Virus record (IMG/VR): IMGVR_UViG_3300021142_000016
Strand: one strand, 5' to 3'
Length of the DNA stretch: 64,000 bases
Source: an uncultured virus (IMG/VR IMGVR_UViG_3300021142_000016)
Taxonomy: Duplodnaviria; Heunggongvirae; Uroviricota; Caudoviricetes
Shown here: in pieces, positions 57,281 through 64,000 of the stretch
Numbering within the stretch: position 1 is the stretch's first letter
Layout: every line of letters starts with the position of its first letter
Made by a program: the position numbers and the translations under genes
The notes under the pieces: generated by a model
What the model was told of the DNA's origin: nothing
What the model saw: only the letters and a program-made list of their open reading frames with translations
Databases searched by the model: none

Positions 57281-58230
57281 TAGATAATTACAATATTAAC
57301 GTGGCGGTATTGATCAAGAATATTATCAACATTCAAGTTACCCGTTCCGTTAAATGCTCCCTTATGCATTTCAAACGAAATTTCACTAAGGTCAACCTTT
57401 GAAAGGTATTTAACTCTCCAGTTGTAATCGTTTGAAAGGATATCATTTACTAAAAGAATTGTTGCAATTTTAATGTCTTCTGGAACATACTGATATCCCA
57501 TAAGACCCACAAAACGATACCTGGAGCGGTCTCTGAAACGTCCGTAGTAAAGGATTGTTGGATCGTAACCGCCTTCGTAACTGATATCCCATTCTGGTCT
57601 ATATAGTCTTACACCAAAATTTGTTGGTGTAATTGTAAGATCATATTCAAAAATATTATAAACTGGGTTTTGTGTATAATCAATCATTAATTGATCGTTT
57701 TCATAAAACTGATCAATTTTTAAAATCTTTTCTGTCAATTCAATTGAATCGGAACCAATTCCAATTACTTCTTGAAAACCCGTATAAGATCTAAATTTTT
57801 GACCAGTGTAGCCGTCAACAATTGTTCTTGCTAGTTTTTCTGCATTCTCAATTTCTTTTATGTCATGATAATTTAATTCAGATGGAGTTGAACCCCATTG
57901 AAGAAAATCAATAATTTCATCTGGCGTTGCGTATACAGTTTCAACACTGTAAAAAGATGTTTCTGTTGCTTGTACTCCATTAAGTCTGTAACTCCAAACA
58001 ACTTGCAAAACTCTTGCAATGTTTGTGATAGCTGGAGTAAGCAAGAATGAATATATACCAGCGGGTGTCTCATCATAAGCAGTTAAATTGCTGAAACCAG
58101 CTATAGGGGACGAGTTGTTGTCTGCATCAAATATTTGTAGCGTAGGAACGGTATCTGCCTGTGTTAAAACTCCGTCGCTAAATACCTGTAGTTGAATTTT
58201 TTCCTGAGTGTTTGTTGTTATTGTTTGCAA
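57280..58230 (-). CDS. head-tail adaptor/connector
   Basis: YATPDEI, AR.IVDGYTGQKF, GY..VPEDIK.A; TTG start. Confidence 0.75.
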   Translation of the reverse strand: MQTITTNTQEKIQLQVFSDGVLTQADTVPTLQIFDADNNSSPIAGFSNLTAYDETPAGIYSFLLTPAITNIARVLQVVWSYRLNGVQATETSFYSVETVYATPDEIIDFLQWGSTPSELNYHDIKEIENAEKLARTIVDGYTGQKFRSYTGFQEVIGIGSDSIELTEKILKIDQFYENDQLMIDYTQNPVYNIFEYDLTITPTNFGVRLYRPEWDISYEGGYDPTILYYGRFRDRSRYRFVGLMGYQYVPEDIKIATILLVNDILSNDYNWRVKYLSKVDLSEISFEMHKGAFNGTGNLNVDNILDQYRHVNIVII

Positions 58231-58250
58231 TCAAAACGCCCCCTTATTTT

Positions 58251-58646
58251 TTAGTTGTAGTACTCCTGAGCCTCTCTAGGAGTTGCAATTCTGAAACCTT
58301 CTTGGGTATCAAAAAGTCTTTGTGCATCTGACTCTGGCATTGCAACAAAAGGGTGCTCTTGGCTGAAGGTGTAGCCCATAGCCTGATAAGAGTAATTACC
58401 TCTTACCATTCTTACAAGAATAGTGTTTTCGTTCTTAGACAATTTTTCCCTCTTCTTTTTTTCAACTTCTGGGACTTCAATATCTTGCTTTTCACTATTG
58501 TCAAATTTAGCATACATTTGATAAGTAACGCCCTCTTCTTCAAGAAGCGCAACTAGCTCATTCTTTGTCTTTGCAGCTGAAGATTCTACTCCAAATTGAT
58601 CTGCAATCTTTCTTAGTTCTGTGATTTTTAGGTCTGTAAATGACAT
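58251..58646 (-). CDS. Rho-N/HeH-like domain protein
   Basis: LKITELRKIA..FGV......KNELV. Confidence 0.65.
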   Translation of the reverse strand: MSFTDLKITELRKIADQFGVESSAAKTKNELVALLEEEGVTYQMYAKFDNSEKQDIEVPEVEKKKREKLSKNENTILVRMVRGNYSYQAMGYTFSQEHPFVAMPESDAQRLFDTQEGFRIATPREAQEYYN

Positions 58647-58683
58647 TTTATATCCTCTCGTTACGTCAATTATATCAGAAAAT

Positions 58684-58715
58684 AGTTAAGGGAGATATTG
58701 CTATCTCCCTTAACT
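58684..58715 (-). terminator. intrinsic terminator after the major capsid gene
   Basis: 14-bp AGTTAAGGGAGATA/TATCTCCCTTAACT hairpin followed by ATTTT. Confidence 0.85.
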
Positions 58716-58732
58716 TTGCAACTAATTAGAAA

Positions 58733-59875
58733 TTAGTATGTGTAAGTTCCTGAGCCACCGAAGGTACCAGCACCGTTTGTAACGGAACCAAAAGCACCTG
58801 TAGCAACTGAACCTGCAACCTTAACGTTCTTCACAATAACGTGAGCGTCATAGTTTTCCATTTGTGCGCCAACACGGATGAAGAGTGTATATTCAATTGT
58901 ATCCTTCTTTGGTTGGAACAAACGATAAACAGTTACATCGCGCTTGATACCAATGATGAAGTTCTGAGGGAAAGTCAAGTGGATGTCACCGTGCAAACCA
59001 GTTGCACCGTTGTAATCTCCTGCCTTTGTCTCGTCCATCAATGGAACGTTGATTACTGGGATACCGAAAGCGAAAGGAGTTGTAGTTCCTGGACCGCCAT
59101 CGTTAGCAGTAACATCACCACGGATAACGCCAGAAGCGATATCAAATGGGTTGACCGAACCAGCGTTAGCTGTTAGGTTGTATAGGTAATCTTGAACTAG
59201 GTTTGATCCTGAGAAGAAACGAAGTTGATTACGGCGTTGCTTGTACTTACGAGGAAGTGTCTTGATAGCAAGGTTGAATACAGCCTTGTCAAGTCCTACA
59301 CCTTGTGCGTCAACAACGTGAGCGTTAGCAAGTGCCAATGCACGGAATCCTGCGAATGCAGAAAGCAAACCAGAGCCAGTACCGAGACCATTGATTAGTA
59401 CATCCTCAATGTCGTTACCAGCTTGTGTTGCCATAAGACGTGCGATGTGGTCTTCTAGATCTGGACCCTCAATATTGTCTTCAAGAGACTCTGAAGAAAG
59501 TTCCCAGTCTAGGCGAAGCTTGCGAGTTGTCAAAGAAATCTTTGAGAATGTAGCAGCAGCGTTAGAGAAGTTTCCAACGTTTGCGCCTGAAGTATCATAT
59601 CCTGTGTAATCACGAGGATTTTCTTCTGAAGCGACTGTCATAATTCTCTGACCGACTGATACACGGTCAATTTCTGTTGTGTTTGAGCGCATACGAATAG
59701 TTCTTGCAGCCTTAGCAAGAATTGTAGCGTCCCACATGTAATCTAGGAAGCGATTAGCCTGATCTGGATAGAGGAGACCGTCACCGCTGAGGGTTGATGT
59801 ATCTGTTGATGCATTAACGCCAGCTGAACCAAGATTTGTTGTATCAATTACTTTTTGTAGAAGTTCATTACTCAT
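58733..59875 (-). CDS. major capsid protein (HK97 fold)
   Basis: GLL.PDQANRF, LS.ESLEDNIEG, INGL; strong Shine-Dalgarno and terminator; follows the protease. Confidence 0.92.
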   Translation of the reverse strand: MSNELLQKVIDTTNLGSAGVNASTDTSTLSGDGLLYPDQANRFLDYMWDATILAKAARTIRMRSNTTEIDRVSVGQRIMTVASEENPRDYTGYDTSGANVGNFSNAAATFSKISLTTRKLRLDWELSSESLEDNIEGPDLEDHIARLMATQAGNDIEDVLINGLGTGSGLLSAFAGFRALALANAHVVDAQGVGLDKAVFNLAIKTLPRKYKQRRNQLRFFSGSNLVQDYLYNLTANAGSVNPFDIASGVIRGDVTANDGGPGTTTPFAFGIPVINVPLMDETKAGDYNGATGLHGDIHLTFPQNFIIGIKRDVTVYRLFQPKKDTIEYTLFIRVGAQMENYDAHVIVKNVKVAGSVATGAFGSVTNGAGTFGGSGTYTY

Positions 59876-59902
59876 TGTTTTATTTCACCACCTTATTTTA
59901 TC

Positions 59903-61348
59903 TTATTTAGTTAAGCTATTAACACCGAGGAAGTGTCCTTGCCATATACTTGTTTTTTGTATCTTACTTACACCAGCTGATCCGTCAAGATCGCTGGACT
60001 TCTTAACTGCCGTTGCAGATTCAAAATTCTTGAGTTGATGATCAACATACTCAATCTTTCCGAACATATCTGTAACTGACTTACTCAAGGTTTCGTACTT
60101 TTCTACTAGATCAGCATTTGCTTTTTGAATATCCTCATAATTCTTAGACAAACGCGCCATCTCTGCTCTTGTTTCATTGACAATGTTGTACATGTCTTGA
60201 ACTGTTGCAGCTTGTGTAGCATAGTTCTTTTCAATAGACTCACCAAAGAAGGTCTTAAGGTCTGTGACCATCTTTTCAAAATCAAGGGTATCCTCTACTT
60301 CTGAAATAGATACGGCTTTCTCAATTGTTTCACCAGCATCAACTGCTGCTACTTCTTCAATTACCGCAACTTCTTCGGCTGGAGTTTCAACAGTTGTAGC
60401 TTCTGCTACCTCTGCAGTTGTATCTTCTGCCATTTTGTTACCTCCTTCGTTGAGCGAAATATCATCACTCTTTTTAAGCCCGTCATTAAACGTGACTTTC
60501 TTTTTTTCATTTTGATCAGGATAAAGATTAATTGAAGCATTGCTATCAATTACATTACCTGCCAAACCTGGAGCTGCTGTCTCCGTTGCTTCGTGTGCTG
60601 ATGTTGGTGCATCATCTTTCTTAAAATAAGAATCAATTACTTTTTCAATTGCTTCAAATTTTTCTGAATCTGTTTGTTCAACCCAACCAATGTTTGACAT
60701 TGGCTCTTCGCATACAACACAATTTTTTGTTGTAGATGTTGTTGTTGAAGCAACTTCATCTTGCTTACACCAAAAAACATTTTCTAAAATAACTTCTGCA
60801 ACCATTCCTTTTAGCATTGTGCTTCCATCAAGATTTTTTTCAATAGAGAAAAAGTTTGCAAGTTGATTTGCTGGTGAATCTACAAGACTTAATTCATGCA
60901 ATTCATAGTCATGAATAACACGACGATCTTGACCTGATCCATCATCAGCTTTTTCCATTTTTGCATCATTGATGTTTCCGCCAATTGAGAAACCACCGTA
61001 GGTTCCATCTAAGCACTTCTCCCATGCATCTTGTGCACCCTTTGAGATATATGCTGTTACATAAATTCCATTATATTTCTTTTTTGTTTCTGGATCAAAA
61101 AAAGAATCTTCTTTAAAATTAACCATCTTGCCAACAGCTGTTGGACCATGCATCTCGCGGATATTACCGCGAAAATTATCAAATGCTTTTTTGCTTGCTG
61201 CAGCTGTAACGATATCGCCGTGGCGATCAACATTGTCTAGGGACGCAAAACCAGAGACTGTTCTCTTCTCCTTATTAACCTTTGTAATAGGGAAGTGAAG
61301 AGCCATTGAGGATTCACTGTTTTGCCAATACGTTTTTTTAATGTCCAT
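59903..61348 (-). CDS. HK97-type prohead protease fused to an acidic/coiled-coil scaffold
   Basis: VSGFAS...VDRHGD, IREMH, GFSIGG, ELSLVDSPAN; C-terminal coiled coil. Confidence 0.92.
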   Translation of the reverse strand: MDIKKTYWQNSESSMALHFPITKVNKEKRTVSGFASLDNVDRHGDIVTAAASKKAFDNFRGNIREMHGPTAVGKMVNFKEDSFFDPETKKKYNGIYVTAYISKGAQDAWEKCLDGTYGGFSIGGNINDAKMEKADDGSGQDRRVIHDYELHELSLVDSPANQLANFFSIEKNLDGSTMLKGMVAEVILENVFWCKQDEVASTTTSTTKNCVVCEEPMSNIGWVEQTDSEKFEAIEKVIDSYFKKDDAPTSAHEATETAAPGLAGNVIDSNASINLYPDQNEKKKVTFNDGLKKSDDISLNEGGNKMAEDTTAEVAEATTVETPAEEVAVIEEVAAVDAGETIEKAVSISEVEDTLDFEKMVTDLKTFFGESIEKNYATQAATVQDMYNIVNETRAEMARLSKNYEDIQKANADLVEKYETLSKSVTDMFGKIEYVDHQLKNFESATAVKKSSDLDGSAGVSKIQKTSIWQGHFLGVNSLTK

Positions 61349-61389
61349 ATGTAAATAAATAATACCAATATTTATGATTAATACATAAT

Positions 61390-61731
61390 TTAACTGATAT
61401 TATTTTCCTCCTTTGGTATAACCTTTACATTTTGAAACTGTTGATTTTGAGGGTTTCCAGGAATTGTGAATTGTGGTGGCACCCCTTTATCCCCGTCATT
61501 TATATTGTTAACATAGGGGGTTTCTATATGAGATTGAGGCATAACATTTGGTGATGCTGTTGAATTGTGAGAAACTAGTCCACCCGTTATAAAACCACCG
61601 AATGTATACCATAATGTAGCTGCATCATGCGCAAATCCACGGCAAGCCCATGGGATACCCGCCGAGACCATTGCTATAGCAAGCTGTTTTGCATCTCCTA
61701 CATTAAACTTAAAATGATGTTTTAATTTCAT
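61390..61731 (-). CDS. putative holin/membrane protein
   Basis: Two hydrophobic segments; coupled to the endolysin. Confidence 0.5.
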   Translation of the reverse strand: MKLKHHFKFNVGDAKQLAIAMVSAGIPWACRGFAHDAATLWYTFGGFITGGLVSHNSTASPNVMPQSHIETPYVNNINDGDKGVPPQFTIPGNPQNQQFQNVKVIPKEENNIS

Positions 61732-62588
61732 AATGATCCCTTTAAAGTATCATAAACTATTTGAGGAACTACCCCTGCTTTTACTATGATCCCCGCTTTT
61801 TTATCAAATATAACTAAAGCCGCCTCTGTTTGAGAATTCATGGTTCCCGTTGCATATTTAGCCACGAGCAATCCTTTTTTGACAAGAGCTTTTTGAACAG
61901 TTAATACAGCATCATTTGTTTGGCCTAGGGCAAATGAATTTGCAGTTGATGGAAATGGTGGGGCATAAAATGCTGTAGGGCTTGGTGTAGGTGTAGGTGC
62001 TGTGGTTGCAGATGTTCCTGTATGAGACATACCAAGTGCTCCTGCTACACCAGTTCCAACTGTTGCTACTGTTGCTGTTGCTTTTTTACTTGTAGCAATA
62101 GATTTTGTAGGTTGAACTGGTACTGGATATTTAGGTCTTACAATTGCCATAACATAAAGATATGGACGATGTTCTCTATAACATCCTCCACCGTTTGCAG
62201 CAGATTTTCCTGTTGAATCACTAGTATTAAAACCAATTGTAGTTAGTCCATCAGAACTTGCTGCTTCAACAATTTCTACGTGTTCGGCAACACCTGTTCC
62301 CCATGAAAAGAAAACAAGATCACCAGGTTGCGCTTGGTATTTATTTACAACTAATCCTTGACGTTGAAACCAATTTAACCCTGCAGGACAATATGCAAAA
62401 CCTTTTGGAGTTTGTGCTGCAACAAGATTTGATAATCCAACTTGCGCAAAACACCAACTAACTCCCATTGCACAATAACTTGCATTTGGTATACCATACC
62501 AAATTCCATATGGATTTTCATTCATAGGTCCTTCAATAAAACCTATTTGACTACGTGCAACGTTTAATACATCAAGTGCCGTAGCCAT
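61728..62588 (-). CDS. endolysin: CHAP amidase plus peptidoglycan-binding domain
   Basis: YCAMGVSW (Cys), PGDLVFF, HVEIV (His), GFNT; C-terminal VLTVQKAL...G......T. Confidence 0.88.
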   Translation of the reverse strand: MATALDVLNVARSQIGFIEGPMNENPYGIWYGIPNASYCAMGVSWCFAQVGLSNLVAAQTPKGFAYCPAGLNWFQRQGLVVNKYQAQPGDLVFFSWGTGVAEHVEIVEAASSDGLTTIGFNTSDSTGKSAANGGGCYREHRPYLYVMAIVRPKYPVPVQPTKSIATSKKATATVATVGTGVAGALGMSHTGTSATTAPTPTPSPTAFYAPPFPSTANSFALGQTNDAVLTVQKALVKKGLLVAKYATGTMNSQTEAALVIFDKKAGIIVKAGVVPQIVYDTLKGSL

Positions 62589-62590
62589 TT

Positions 62591-64000
62591 TTAATTACCT
62601 TCTTGTGAGCCTTCGCCTTTTGCGTTCCTTGCCGTTCCCATTTTATCTGGAGCGTTTAAAGTTCTATTTTGATCACGTGTTTTATTTCCGCTGGCATCAG
62701 ATGCAGCATCTTGTGCAGCTTTTGGATTAATAATTAAAACAGCATCTCCGCCAGCAAGTGGTGCAAGACCCTTACGTGCGCGAACTTCGTTAGGAACAAT
62801 AACTTGATCTTTAAGATAACGGTCATCAATTCTAGATTGTGTCTCTTCATCTGTAAGTGCAAGTTCGTTAAACTGAAGCTTAAATGCATCAGTAAATTCT
62901 TTTACAATAAGATTAATTTTAAATTCAAGCTCTTCTTGTCTTGGACGACATACCTGCTCTTTAAATGTCTTATCTGCATCTTTAGCATTTGCCAATGACA
63001 CACCTTGTGGCATACCTATCTTTGATACTGGAACACGGTGAGCAATAAGAATACGGTCTCTGTTTTCTACAGCATAGTTCTTGAATGAAGAATCTTGAAC
63101 TCCCGCTTCAATTGGATCCATCTTAAACTCAACACGAGCATTATCACCATCTGATGGAAGGGGAATATAAAGAGTTCTATGGTTTCTGCCTTTAAGTCCT
63201 GTTTGAAAGAATTCAAGCAATTTGCGCTCTGAATCAGCGGTAAGCTTTGCGCCTTTTACTGTAATAATATATCTAGGGACAGCTTTGTTTTCAAAGTAAT
63301 CTAGATTAAAGCGTTGAGCAAATTCATCACCAGCAAGGGCGTTCTTTGCAGAAAGAATATCTGGAATACCATAGTATGTATTTGATGGAGTAAAAATTTT
63401 AAAGTGAATAACTTCATTTGGTTGTGGATCTGTTCCAATCTGGTCTGGTGTTTCTGTATCCCCAAAATTTCTAAAGAATGTGTATCGGTTATAAACAACT
63501 TGCACAAAACCATCACGGTGACGACGAATACGCATTGTAGTTGTTGGAATATGACCAATATAGCCAATCTTTCCAGTTGATGTGCGACCTATTTCAAGAT
63601 AAGCATTTCCAGTTGACTCCAGGTCAATGTAGAGCTTTTTCATTGTTTCAATAAATGAATCATCTGAGTTTAATGATTCAATATAGTCACGAAGTTCTTC
63701 TTTTGCCTGTTCAATTTTGCCACGCAACTTGTCAAGTTTTTTTGGAGTATCCATTACTGCTTCAATTTGCTGCGTAGTCTTCCATGTGTTTTCAAATCTA
63801 TATCCCAGCCCAACAACGTTGGCAGCTTTAGCATTTACGGCTGAGTGGTGGTATGGAGAAACATCATAAAGTTGTGCCAAGTAAAGCACGTTATATGGTG
63901 GTTGAACAATTTGAAATAGTGAATATCCTGTTAGGTCTAATGGGTCAAGTTTCTTTGACTTTGCATCGCCAACACCAGTAAATGACTTTTCAATTCTATT
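62591..64000 (-). CDS. portal protein (N-terminus beyond window)
   Basis: GNAYLEI, EVIHFK, YYGIP, YFENKAVP, AHRVP..KIG, NEVR...GL.P; frame open to 64000. Confidence 0.93.
   Translation of the reverse strand, partial: NRIEKSFTGVGDAKSKKLDPLDLTGYSLFQIVQPPYNVLYLAQLYDVSPYHHSAVNAKAANVVGLGYRFENTWKTTQQIEAVMDTPKKLDKLRGKIEQAKEELRDYIESLNSDDSFIETMKKLYIDLESTGNAYLEIGRTSTGKIGYIGHIPTTTMRIRRHRDGFVQVVYNRYTFFRNFGDTETPDQIGTDPQPNEVIHFKIFTPSNTYYGIPDILSAKNALAGDEFAQRFNLDYFENKAVPRYIITVKGAKLTADSERKLLEFFQTGLKGRNHRTLYIPLPSDGDNARVEFKMDPIEAGVQDSSFKNYAVENRDRILIAHRVPVSKIGMPQGVSLANAKDADKTFKEQVCRPRQEELEFKINLIVKEFTDAFKLQFNELALTDEETQSRIDDRYLKDQVIVPNEVRARKGLAPLAGGDAVLIINPKAAQDAASDASGNKTRDQNRTLNAPDKMGTARNAKGEGSQEGN

Noticed and set aside
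309..62998. Plus-strand ORFs and short nested minus-strand ORFs in the track
   Set aside because: They lie antisense or out of frame to well-supported genes and show no recognisable motifs, so they are treated as shadows.
1..64000. Alternative genetic code or stop-codon reassignment
   Set aside because: Long genes are intact in the standard code, all three stops end genes, and there is no suppressor tRNA.
1..64000. Prophage boundaries, integrase or host chromosomal DNA
   Set aside because: No integrase, att site or host operon was seen; host-like genes are interleaved with phage genes on one strand.

Overview
A 64-kb AT-rich segment of a large tailed dsDNA phage (siphovirus-type; long tape measure, no sheath gene). 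Every credible gene lies on the minus strand, so transcription runs from the right end to the left. In that order it carries: portal (cut by the window edge), CHAP endolysin, HK97-type protease/scaffold, major capsid, head-tail joining genes, major tail protein, a -1 frameshifted tail-chaperone pair, tape measure, tail tip and two large fibres. Next come a replication/recombination block (DnaB, DnaG, SSB, DnaE, RecA, Cas4-like nuclease, RuvC), a glycosyltransferase/epimerase cassette, the terminase pair (about 43 kb from the portal) and six tRNAs. The left part is an accessory region rich in stress and proteostasis genes (Hsp20, Dps, GroES, WhiB, thioredoxin, HslV-like protease, 2OG-Fe(II) oxygenase), secreted proteins and a flavin-dependent halogenase. 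WhiB and likely leaderless genes point to an actinobacterial host, plausibly a low-GC freshwater lineage (inference). Four signals stand out. (1) An S-x-W-x-G-x-F peptide and dense hydrophobic-x-K sites are shared by the protease/scaffold C-terminus and two distant modular proteins, suggesting a capsid cargo-targeting and polyprotein-processing system. (2) hsp20 has both a CIRCE operator and a ROSE-type thermometer hairpin. (3) A pseudoknotted small RNA follows hsp20. (4) A ~125-nt structured non-tRNA RNA sits inside the tRNA cluster. All calls were made by eye from motifs; no database searches were run.
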